This document shows positions 51,039 to 60,897 of a stretch of DNA of 64,000 nt, one piece after another (position 1 is the stretch's first letter; each line of letters starts with the position of its first letter). The DNA is taken from positions 32,001-96,000 of the forward strand of contig CAWHAZ010000004.1 in NCBI GenBank assembly GCA_963827475.1. The letters run 5' to 3'. Below the pieces are notes generated by a model that had not been told where the DNA came from, searched no databases, and saw only the letters and a program-made list of their open reading frames with translations. The position numbers were made by a program, and so were the translations under genes. This DNA comes from an uncultured Chloroflexia bacterium. GTDB lineage: Bacteria; Chloroflexota; Limnocylindria; QHBO01.

Positions 51039-52472
51039 GTGACGCCGCCGCCGTTCCGGCTGCCGGCCTCCAAGCCGGCGCCGCCCCTTACCGTTCGGCG
51101 CTTCGTGGCGCTCGTCGCCGGCAAGGCGGCCGCCGTGGGGTCTCGCCTGTCCGGGCGTGGTGGCGGGACCTCGTTGCCGGGCATGGTCGCCCGCCGCGTG
51201 GATCCCGGCATCCTCCGCGCGCTGGTAGCCGAGCAGGGGGTCACGGTGGTGGCGATCACCGGCAGCAATGGGAAGACCACCACCGCTCGGTTCATGGCCG
51301 CGTTGCTCCGCGGGGCGGGCGTGCCGGTCGCGCACAACCAGGCCGGCGCGAACCTGGTCCAGGGCGTGACCTCGCTGGCGGTCGCCGCCGCGGACCTGCG
51401 CGGCCGAGTCGAGCCGGTGGTCATGGTCAGCGAGATCGACGAGGGTGCACTGCCGCTGGTCGCGCCGGAGATCCGGCCCCGGGCGGTGGCAGTCACCAAC
51501 CTGTTCCGCGACCAGCTTGACCGCTACGGGGAGATCTACGCCGTCGCCGACGCGTTCGAAGTCGTCGCCGCGGCCCTGCCACCGGACAGCGTGCTGGTGG
51601 TGAACGCCGACGACCCGATCGTCGCCGGCCTCGCTCCGGCTCGCGACGGGCGGCGGGTCACCTTCGGCCTGGAGCTGCCGACGTCGACCGACACCATCAC
51701 CCGCGCCGCGGACACCATCCGCTGCCCGTCCTGCCGGGCGAACCTGGAGTACAGCCACGTCTACCTGTCGCACATGGGGGCCTGGCGCTGTCCGGCATGC
51801 GGGCTGGAGCGGCCGCCGGTGGACGTGGCGGTCACCGCGGTCGAAGTCCGCGGCCTGGACGAGACCCGGTTCACGATCCGGACCCCGGACGCGGAGATGG
51901 ACTTCACGATTCCCCAGTCGGGCCTCCACGTCGCCTATGACGCCGCCGCGGCGGTGGCGCTGGCGTACGGCCTGGGCGTCCCGCTCGACGGCGCGCCGGC
52001 CGCGCTGGCCGAGGTCGGCCCCGCCTTCGGCCGACTGGAGCGAATTGCGGCCGGCGACCGCCAGATCGTGCTCGGCTTCGCCAAGAACCCGACCTCGTAC
52101 AACGCCACCCTGCGGGCGCTGGCCAGCGAGGAGCTGCCCCGCCACCTGCTGATCGCGGTCAGCAACACCCTGGTCGACGGCGAGGACTTCGGTTGGCTGT
52201 GGGACGTCGACTTCGAGGCCATGGTCCCCCGCCTGCAGGCGGTGACCGTCTCAGGCCTGCGCGCCGACGAACTGGCCAATCGGCTCAAGTACGCCGGGCT
52301 GGACCCGGTGAAGATGACGGTCGTGGAGGACCGGGTACCCGCCCTGGACGCCGCCCTGGCAGCGACCCCGGCAGAGGAGCCGCTGACCATCGTGGCCGGC
52401 TACACCCCGATCATCGAGCTCCGCGAGGAGATGCGCCGCCGGGGCTGGGTTGGGCGATACTGGGAGGCCTGA
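51039..52472 (+). CDS. murT: Lipid II isoglutaminyl synthase subunit MurT
   Basis: GSNGKTT, EIDE, NLFRDQLDRYGE, CPSC..CPAC zinc finger, KNP, DGEDFGWLWDVDFE. Confidence 0.93.
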   Translation: MTPPPFRLPASKPAPPLTVRRFVALVAGKAAAVGSRLSGRGGGTSLPGMVARRVDPGILRALVAEQGVTVVAITGSNGKTTTARFMAALLRGAGVPVAHNQAGANLVQGVTSLAVAAADLRGRVEPVVMVSEIDEGALPLVAPEIRPRAVAVTNLFRDQLDRYGEIYAVADAFEVVAAALPPDSVLVVNADDPIVAGLAPARDGRRVTFGLELPTSTDTITRAADTIRCPSCRANLEYSHVYLSHMGAWRCPACGLERPPVDVAVTAVEVRGLDETRFTIRTPDAEMDFTIPQSGLHVAYDAAAAVALAYGLGVPLDGAPAALAEVGPAFGRLERIAAGDRQIVLGFAKNPTSYNATLRALASEELPRHLLIAVSNTLVDGEDFGWLWDVDFEAMVPRLQAVTVSGLRADELANRLKYAGLDPVKMTVVEDRVPALDAALAATPAEEPLTIVAGYTPIIELREEMRRRGWVGRYWEA

Positions 52473-53264
52473 TGGAGTACCCGACGCTCCGCATCGCGCA
52501 CCTGTACCCGTCGCTCCTGAACGTGGCCGGCGACGGCGGCAACGTCATGGCCCTCGTCCAGCGCTGCGCGTGGCGCGGGATCCCAACCGAGGTGGTCGAG
52601 GTCGAGCAGGGCGACACGCCGGACTTCACGACGTTCGACCTCATCCTGTTCCACGGCGGCCAGGACGTGGAGATGGACGTGGTCGCTCGCGACCTCGGGC
52701 TCAAGGTCCCGTCCCTCCAGCAGGCGGCCGACCAGGGCGTCCTCATCTTCGCGGTGTGCGCCGGCTTGCAGCTGCTCGGGCATCGGTACATCCCGTCGGT
52801 GGGCGAGCCGATGGAGGGCGCCGCCATCCTCGACCTGGAGACGCGTGGCGGGCCGCAGCGGTTCATGCAGCACGCGGCGATCGAGGTGACCTTGAACGGC
52901 GAGACCGGAACAGTGGTCGGCTTCGAGAACCATTCCGGCCAGACCACTCTCGGGCCGGGCGCGAAGCCGTTCGGCACCATGGTCGCCGGCGCCGGGAACA
53001 ACGGCCGCGACGGGACCGAGGGCGCCGTCCGGGACAACGTCTACGCGACGTACCTCCACGGCCCGGTCCTGCCCAAGAACCCGTGGCTCACCGACCAGCT
53101 GATCAAGATCGCGCTTGGAGCGGCGAACGGGGCAGCCGGTGGAGCTCGCGCCGCTGGACGACACCGCGGAGGAGCGGGCCCACCTGGTGGCCCTCGCCAA
53201 GGCGATGCGCAACAAGGGCCAGTACACCGCCCTGACCCCCGCCGAGCTGGTTCGCAACCGCTAG
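52472..53264 (+). CDS. gatD: Lipid II isoglutaminyl synthase glutaminase subunit GatD (frameshift near 53125)
   Basis: HLYP..GDGGN, GGQD, VCAGLQLLG, GFENH, TYLHGPVLPKNP; TGATG coupling to murT. Confidence 0.92.
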
Positions 53265-53273
53265 AAAAAGTCG

Positions 53274-53303
53274 TTGACGGCGCCGAAACGGGGCGCCCAT
53301 ACT
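53274..53303 (+). promoter_or_regulatory. Promoter TTGACG-N18-CATACT with GGCGCC..GGCGCC dyad in the spacer
   Basis: Seen directly upstream of the second APC permease. Confidence 0.55.
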
Positions 53304-53404
53304 CCCCGCCAGCCCCCACGCCCGCGCCCTGACTACGCGGGCCTCCGATCCCTGCGTCCCTTGCGTCTGTGGAATCGCCCAGAAACGGATGAAGGAGACT
53401 CGCC

Positions 53405-55034
53405 TTGACTGTGGATCAGACCCACGACGAGCAGGTTGCCCGCGACGACGCCCACCTGCGATCGCTCGGCATCAAGCCCCAGCTGAATCGAACGCTGGGG
53501 CTGTTCTCGAGCTTCGCGGTCGCGTTCAGCTACATCAGCGTCGCGACCGGCTCATTCACCCAGCAGGCGGTCGCCATCGGCGTCGGTGGACCACCGTTCA
53601 TCTGGGCCTGGGTGCTGGTCATCATCGGCCAGACGTTCGTGGCCCTGAACTTCGCCGAGCTGTCGAGCCACTTCCCGGTCGCCGGCTCGATCTACCAGTG
53701 GTCGAAGCGGCTGTCGAACAAGACCCTCGGCTGGTTCACCGGCTGGTTCTACTTCTGGGCAGGCGTCCTGACGGTCACCGCGGTGGCGGCCACCGTGCCG
53801 CTGGTCCTGTCTCCCCTGTTCGGCATCGACCTCGCGGCGGCGAGCCCCATTCCGTTCCTGAACACGTGGTCGTTCCTCGCCGTCATGGCGATGCTCGTGT
53901 CGACGATCATCAACGCCTTCGGCGTCCGGCTCCTGACCTTCCTGAACAACCTCGGCGTGGCGGCCGAGATCCTGGGCATGGTCGTCCTGGCCCTCGTCCT
54001 CCTGATCTTCGCCAACAACCAGCCCATCTCGGTCATCTTCGACACGTCGTACACCGCGGACCTGGCGGGCGGGAACTACGCCGCGGTCTTCCTGGTGGGC
54101 ATGTTCCTCGCCCTGTTCGTGGTCTACGGCTTCGACACGGCGGGCACATTCGGCGAGGAGACGGTGGATGCCGGCACGCCACGCACCGCGAGGGGTGCTG
54201 GCCGCCATCTGGCTGTCGGGCATCGCCGGGCTGATCTTCCTGCTGGCCATCATCCTGTCCTTCCGCGACATCGATGCCGCGGTGGCGGAGGGCCAGGCAT
54301 TCGGGTTCCCGTTCGCCACGACCATCCAGGAGAACCTGGACCAGGTCCTGTTCGGCGACGTGACCCTGGGCGACCTGTACCTCGTCGTCATCCTGATCGC
54401 GGTGTCGGTCTGCACCCTCGCCATCCAGGGAGCCACCACGCGCCTGATGTTCTCCATGGGGCGCGACGGTCGCCTGCCGCTCGGCGGAACGTGGGGCCAC
54501 GTCAACCAGACGTTCAAGACCCCGACCAACGCGGCCGTCGGCGTAGGCATCCTCTCGACCCTTCCGCTCCTCATCACCGGGGCGGCGGCGTCGTTCTACC
54601 TCGCCATCGCCGCCACCGGCACGATCTACATCAGCTACCTCCTCTGCAACTGGGGCGTGCTGCGGGCTCGCCGTCGTGGCTGGCCGCACCAGGGTGCCTG
54701 GTTCAAGCTCGGCAGCTGGGGGACGATCATCAACGTGCTGGCCCTGGTGTGGGGCACGGCGATGGTCATCAACATCGGCCTGTGGGAATGGGAGGGGTTC
54801 GGCGACTTCGGCAACGAGCTCCGAAGCATCTGGTCCAACCCGCCGATCAACACCTTCCTCCAATGGAACGGTGAGGTGCTGACCGACCTGCCGGCCATCC
54901 CGGTGTTCGAGTTCTTCGTCGGCTCGGTCATCGTCGTGGGCATGCTGTACTACCTGCTGAGCGGCCAGCGCGGCAAGGAGGACGTCGAGCAGCTGACGGC
55001 CGACGAGGCCACCGGCGAGACCATGATCGCGTAA
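53405..55034 (+). CDS. APC-family amino acid/amine permease (frameshift near 54178)
   Basis: LNRTLGLFSSFAVAFSYIS, AELSSHFPVAGSIYQW, YGFDTAGTFGEET, FSMGRD; SD AAGGAG before TTG. Confidence 0.92.
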
Positions 55035-55055
55035 GGTCGATTCGCGCCCGCCCAG

Positions 55056-55097
55056 GCGAGCGGCTCGGCGCTTCGGCGTCCGGGCCGCTCGCGTTTC
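55056..55097 (+). terminator. Long hairpin with cUUCGg tetraloop and short U run (terminator or mRNA stabiliser)
   Basis: GCGAGCGGCTCGGCGC-TTCG-GCGTCCGGGCCGCTCGC-GTTT. Confidence 0.6.
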
Positions 55098-55115
55098 CCG
55101 GCACCATGAGGGCCC

Positions 55116-56095
55116 ATGTCGTTGACCGATCCCGCCACGCCCCAGGCGCCACCGGATGACGAGCCGCTCCACGGCGAGCTGTACGACCAGCTGACCGATG
55201 CCCTCCAGCGCGTGCCGGAGACGGCGGAGCGCGAGCTCACCCTGACCGCGCTGTCGGGCGGGATCACGAACCGCAACTTCCTGATCACGATCGCCGGCGA
55301 AGCCGATCGGTATGTCATCCGGCTGGCGGGCAACGACACCCACCTGCTCGGCATCAGCCGCGAGGTGGAGCACGCCGCGACCGTCGCCGCTGCCGGGGTG
55401 GGCGTTGGGCCGGAGGTGCTGGGCTTCATCCGGCCGGAGGGCTACCTCGTCACCCGGTTCATCATCGGTACCCCGGTGTCGCTCGAGGACGTGCACCGGC
55501 CGGAGACGCTGGAACGGGTGGCCGACTCCATCCGTCGCATCCACGGCGGACCGGCCATCCCCGGCCTGTTCGTCCCGCTCCGGGTGGCGGAGGCCTACCT
55601 CGCCCTCGCCGGGTCACGGGGCGTGCCGCGCCCCGCCGGCTGGGAGGCGGCCCACGCCTCGGCCACCGGATCGAGCGGGCCCTGCTCGACGCGCCGATCC
55701 CTCTCCACCCGTGCCACAACGACCTGCTGAACGCGAACTTCATCGACGACGGCGACCGGATCCGGATCGTGGACTGGGAGTACGCCGGCATGGGCGACCC
55801 GTTCTTCGACCTGGGCAACTTCAGCATCAACCACGAGCTCACGCCGGACGAGGACGCCGCCCTCCTTACCGCCTACGACCAGACCGATGCGCCCGATCCC
55901 GCCCGCCTGGCCCGGCTCACCCTCATGCGGGTGGTTTCCGACTTCCGCGAGGCGATGTGGGGAGTCCTCCAGCAGGGGATCAGCACCCTGGACGTCGACT
56001 TCGTGGCCTACGCCGACGAGCACTTCGACCGGCTGGCCCGCCACGCGGCCGAGCCCCGCTTCGAGGAGGCTCTCGCCGAGGTCGCCGGTGGCTGA
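55116..56095 (+). CDS. Choline/ethanolamine kinase-family phosphotransferase (frameshift near 55665)
   Basis: LSGGITNRNF, ISREVE, PCHNDLLNANF, VDWEYAGMGDPFFDLGN. Confidence 0.9.
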
Positions 56096-58527
56096 CGGCA
56101 CGGTCGATGCCGCCCGGGTGGTCATCATCGGCGGGGGTGTCGGCGGGACGGCCGTCGCCTACCACCTCGCTCGCCTGGGCTGGACCGATGTCGTCCTCCT
56201 CGAGCGGTCGGAGCTGACGAGCGGGTCCACCTTCCACTCGGCGGGCCTGGTCGGCCAGCTGCGGGGCAGCCCGACCCTGACCCGGATGATGGTCGACAGC
56301 GTGGCGCTCTACCGCCGGCTGGCCGCGGAGACCGGCGTCGACCCGGGTTGGCGGGAGGTCGGCTCGCTCCGCCTCGCCTCCTCGCCGGAGCGGATGGAGG
56401 AGCTCCACCGCCAGGCCGGCTGGGCGAAGGCCTACGGGCTCGAGATGGAGCTCGTGTCGGCGGTGGAGGCCCGAGACCGGTTCCCGCTGATGTCGACCGA
56501 GGGCGTCCTCGGCGCCGCCTGGCTGCCGACCGACGGCTACCTCGATCCGTCGGGGCTCACGCAGGCCCTGGCCGCGGGCGCCGCGCCAGCGTGGCGCGAG
56601 CATCCGCGAGCGAACGCGGGTAAGCGCCATCGGCGTCAGGGACGGCCGGGTGACCGGGGTCGAGACCGATGCCGGACCGATCCGGGCCGAGGTCGTGGTG
56701 AACGCCGGCGGGATGTTCGCGCCGGAGATCGGGGCCCTGGCCGGGGTGACCGTGCCGGTCATCCCGTTCGCCCACCAGTACCTCGTCACCGAGCCGATCG
56801 AGGGCGTCACGCCTGACCTGCCCCAGCTGCGCGACCCGGACAACCTCGTCTACTTCCGACCGGAGGTCGCCGGGCTGGTGATGGGCGGCTACGAGCGCAC
56901 CCCGGCGGCATGGGGCCTCGACGGCATTCCGCCCGACTTCAACGGCAAGCTCCTGCCGGCCGACTGGCCGCGGTTCGAGGAGATCAGCCGCGGCGCCCAG
57001 CATCGGGTCCCGGCGATGACCGATGCCGGCGTTCGGCAGGTGATCAACGGCCCGGAGGGCTTCACGCCGGACAACGAGTTCATCCTCGGCGAGTCGGAGG
57101 TTCGCGGCTTCTTCATCGCCGCCGGGTTCTCGGCACACGGCATCGCCGGTGCCGGGGGCATGGGAGAGCAGCTCGCGCAGTGGATCGTCGACGGGGAGCC
57201 AGGGTACGACCTGTGGAAGATGGACATCCGTCGCTTCGGCTCGCCGTACCGCTCCCGTGACTACACCCTGGCCCGGGCCACGGAGAACTACGCGACCTAC
57301 TACGACATCCACTACCCGTACGAGGAGCGACAGTCCGGAAGGCCGCTGCGCGTCTCCCCCACCTACGACCGGCTCGCTGCCCTCGGGTGCGCGTTCGGCG
57401 AGAAGTCCGGATGGGAGCGGCCGAACTGGTTCGAGTCCAACGCGGCCGCCGGCGACGAGTCGCTGCGCCCGCGAGGCTGGGCCGGGAAGCACTGGTCGCC
57501 CGCGATCGGGGCCGAGGCGCTCGCCACCCGGCAGAGGGCCGCGCTGTTCGACGAGACGAGCTTCGCGAAGATCGAGATCAGCGGCCCCGGCGCGCTCGCC
57601 CTCCTGCAGCGGCTGTGCGCGAACGACATCGACCGCCCGGTGGGCCGGATCACCTACACCCAGATGCTCAACCGGCGAGGCGGGATCGAGTGCGACTTCA
57701 CCGTGACCCGCCTCGGGGAGGATCTGTTCTTCATCGTGACCGGGACCGCCTTCGGCGGGCACGACATCGGCTGGATCCGCTCGCACGCACCCGACGATGG
57801 ATCGGTCCAGGTGGCCGAGGTCACCGCCGAGCGGGCGTGCCTCGGGCTGTGGGGGCCGAGCGCCCGCGACATCCTCGGATCGGTGACCGATGCCGACCTG
57901 TCGAACGACGCGTTCCCCTACCTGACCGCCCAGGCGATCACGGTCGGCGGCGTGGCGGCACTGGCGTTGCGGGTCACGTACGTCGGGGAGCTGGGGTGGG
58001 AGCTGTACTGCGCCATGGACGACGCCCTCGCCCTGTGGGACGCCCTGTGGGCGGCGGGACAGCCGCACGGGATGGTGGCCGGGGGATATCGGGCCATCGA
58101 CAGCCTCCGCCTGGAGAAGGGCTACCGGGTCTGGTCCTCCGACATCACTCCCGATGACACCCCGTACCAGGCCGGAGTCGGCTTCGCCGTGCGGCTGGAC
58201 AAGGAGCCGGCGTTCATCGGTCAGGAGGCGCTGAAGGCCGTCCAACGGGGGGAGGTCGACCGGCGGCTGAGCTGCCTCGTCCTCGACGACCCGCTGGCGG
58301 TCGCGGTCGGCAACGAACCGATCCGCGCCGGCGACGAGGTGGTGGGCCGGGTGACGAGCGGGGGCTACGGATTCTCGGTCGAGGCCAGCATCGCCTACGG
58401 CTACCTGCCCGTGGCGGCGGCCGAGGTCGGAGCGCGCGTCGAGGTCGAGCTCTTCGGGGACTGGCAGGGCGCGACAGTCAGCGCGGAGCCGCTGTACGAC
58501 CCGTCCGGGTCGCGGATCAAGGCGTAG
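56088..58527 (+). CDS. FAD-dependent dehydrogenase with GcvT folate-binding domains (dimethylglycine/sarcosine dehydrogenase-like; frameshift near 56585)
   Basis: IIGGGVGG, TSGSTFHSAG, LRDPD, NGPEGFTPD, GWERPNWF, YVGELGWELY, SLRLEKGY. Confidence 0.92.
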
Positions 58528-58533
58528 CCCGGA

Positions 58534-59274
58534 TCAGGTCGTCGCCGCGAACTCGCGGGCGGCATCGAGGAACGAGGCCCACAGCCGCTCGAACTCCGGG
58601 GACGTGAACTCGGTCCGCTCCGGGTGGCTCTGGACGGCCACCAGCCAGCGGGCCGGATCGGTGTCCTCGAACGCCTCGACCAGGTCGCCGTCGGGGTGCT
58701 CGCTGTATCCGCTGATCCGCAGCCCAGTCCCGACCTGCTCGGGCCGGATGGCCTGATGGTGGTAGGTGTTCACGGTGGCCGCTCCCTCGCCGAGGACCGT
58801 GGCCAGGCGGGTGCCGGCTTCGATCTCCAGGTCGTGCGAACTGGCCTCCGGCGCTGGGTAGGCAGGGCTGGTGTGGCCTTCGATGTCCTGGACCAGGGAG
58901 CCGCCCCGGAAGACGTTCACCGCCTGCATGCCGCGGCAGACCCCGAACACCGGGACGCGGCGCTCCTCGGCGACCTGGAAGGCGGCCTGCTCCAGCGCAT
59001 CACGGCCGGGTTCGACCACGGTCGTGGGCAGCGCCTCCTCCCCGTAGAGCGCCGGATCGAGGTCGGCGCCACCCGAGAGCAGGAGGCCGTCCATGGCGCC
59101 GAATGCGGCCGCGCGTTCCTCGGGCACGGAGTCCTCGTCGAGGACGATCACGTCGCCGCCATGGCGGTGAACCGCCTCGAAATAGCGGTCGTTCTTCCGC
59201 CACGCCACCTCCTCGTTGGCGGCGTGCTCCGGTGACTGCACCGTGACCACGATCCGAGGACGGCGAACCTGCAC
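58534..59274 (-). CDS. Gamma-glutamyl-gamma-aminobutyrate hydrolase family (PuuD, peptidase C26)
   Basis: GLLLSGGADLDP, GVCRGMQ, VNTYHHQ, VQSHPE. Confidence 0.92.
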   Translation of the reverse strand: MQVRRPRIVVTVQSPEHAANEEVAWRKNDRYFEAVHRHGGDVIVLDEDSVPEERAAAFGAMDGLLLSGGADLDPALYGEEALPTTVVEPGRDALEQAAFQVAEERRVPVFGVCRGMQAVNVFRGGSLVQDIEGHTSPAYPAPEASSHDLEIEAGTRLATVLGEGAATVNTYHHQAIRPEQVGTGLRISGYSEHPDGDLVEAFEDTDPARWLVAVQSHPERTEFTSPEFERLWASFLDAAREFAATT

Positions 59275-59306
59275 ATCGAGATGTTACCGGGTACGCTGCG
59301 GGCTTC

Positions 59307-60240
59307 ATGGGTCGCCGAAGCCGCTCCCTGACGCTCGCCACGCTCGTGGTCGTGATGGTCGTGGGCGCGGCCTGCGGAGCGATCTCCGGCCCGGTTTGCC
59401 TTCTGTCGGATTACACCGCCGACATCCAGGAGGAGCTCGACGCGCTGACCGCGCTCGATCCGGCCCTCGTCGCCCAGTCTGGAACTGCCGAGAACGCGGC
59501 AGCCCTCGCGGCCGTCGAGTCGCTCGAGGCGACCGTGGCGGCCGCGCAGGAGGCGCTGGACGCGGCATCGGACGATGAGGTCGGCGGGGTCGTGCGCGCC
59601 GCATTCCAGGCGGTGCTCGATACCACCTCGACGGCGGCGGCGGACATGCGCACCGCGATCGAGTCCGGGGACGCGAACGAAGTCGCGGACGCGCAGGAAG
59701 GGGTCCAGCTGGCATCCGATGCCATCGGCGCCTTCCAGGGCACGGTCGACGGTCTGGGCATCGAGTGCCCGGGCGCCTCGCCACGCCCTCCGAGGGCCGC
59801 CGCCTGCGCCATCGGAGAGCCTGGCGCCATCGGTCGCGCCGACACCGGTCGTAACCCCGACTCCGGCTCCCACGCCGGTACCGCCCACCGCGACGCCCGA
59901 GCCAGTGGAGACGCCGGAGCCCGTGGAGACGCCTGAGCCCGAGGACACGCCGTCACCGACCGCGGCCCCCGCAACGCCCGTTCCGACGCCCACCGCGACG
60001 CCCACGCCGTCCCCCACCCCGAGCCCGTCGCCGAGCGCATCGGCGACCGCTTCGGAATCCGCCTCCGCCGAGCCCAGCCCGTCGGCGAGCGGCGAAGGGG
60101 ATGAGGGCTCGGGGCTGCTGCCGTGGATCCTCGTCCTCGGCCTGCTTGGCACCGGCGCCGCAGCGATCGTGCTGTGGTACACGAGCCGGAACGAGCCGCC
60201 GGCCGACACTCCGCCGACGGACGTCCCGCCCGCCGTCTAG
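59307..60240 (+). CDS. Hypothetical lipoprotein: helical domain, long Pro/Thr linker, C-terminal TM (frameshift near 59790)
   Basis: Lipobox-like VGAAC; (PT/PS)n tract; GLLPWILVLGLLGTGAAAIVLWY. Confidence 0.65.
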
Positions 60241-60897
60241 CGCTCGGCCGCCGCTCCCGGGTCTCGCCCGCCCGGCGGCTCCGGTCGCCACCGCCCGATC
60301 CCGGGCAGGAAGCGGCCAGTCCGTTCCGCGTACCGCCGGTAGGCCTCGCCGTGCACGCGGAGCAGGTACGGCTCCTCGACCAGGCGCACCTGGATCTGGT
60401 GAGCGGTGATGACGGCCGCCACCATGACCAGCGAGAAGGCGTTCGGCACCAGCAGCGCAATGCCCACGGCGGTCAGCTCGGTCCCGAGCAGGATCGGATT
60501 GCGCACGACCCGAAACGGGCCGCCGGTCACCAGCTCCGACCCGGCGCCTGGGTCGACATCCGCCGCGCCAGGACGTGCCCATGGCGGCCTGCGACACCAG
60601 GGTCAGACCGATGCCAACGACGTACAGCGCAAGGCCGGCGCCGACGGCAACCGGCTGGTCCAGGAATCCGATCGGCGGAAGGCCGGCCAGCGCGGCGATC
60701 GGGGCAGCCGCCCCACACAGGACACCGACCGTCGAGATCCAGCGGGCCCACCACTGGGCTGATCCGCGCGGATCCCGGTACCGGGAAACCACCGCGCCGC
60801 AGCGCCGGGCCCGCGAAATGGTGGGCACCAGCGAGACGAGCAGGATCCACACCACGAAAAGGACAAGGGCGAGGACAGCCACGGCGGACTCGCTCAT
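60237..60897 (-). CDS. Isoprenylcysteine carboxyl methyltransferase/PEMT-family membrane protein (frameshift near 60560)
   Basis: SQAAMGTSWR..ELVTGGPFRVVRNPI..EEPYL..YRRYAERTGRFLP. Confidence 0.88.

Noticed and set aside
59840-60090. Short tandem repeats (also 18440-18510, 31740-31815, and ACGGCC x4 near 32535) as CRISPR or contingency loci
   Set aside because: In-frame Pro/Thr/Ala linkers inside CDSs; no repeat-spacer structure and no cas genes
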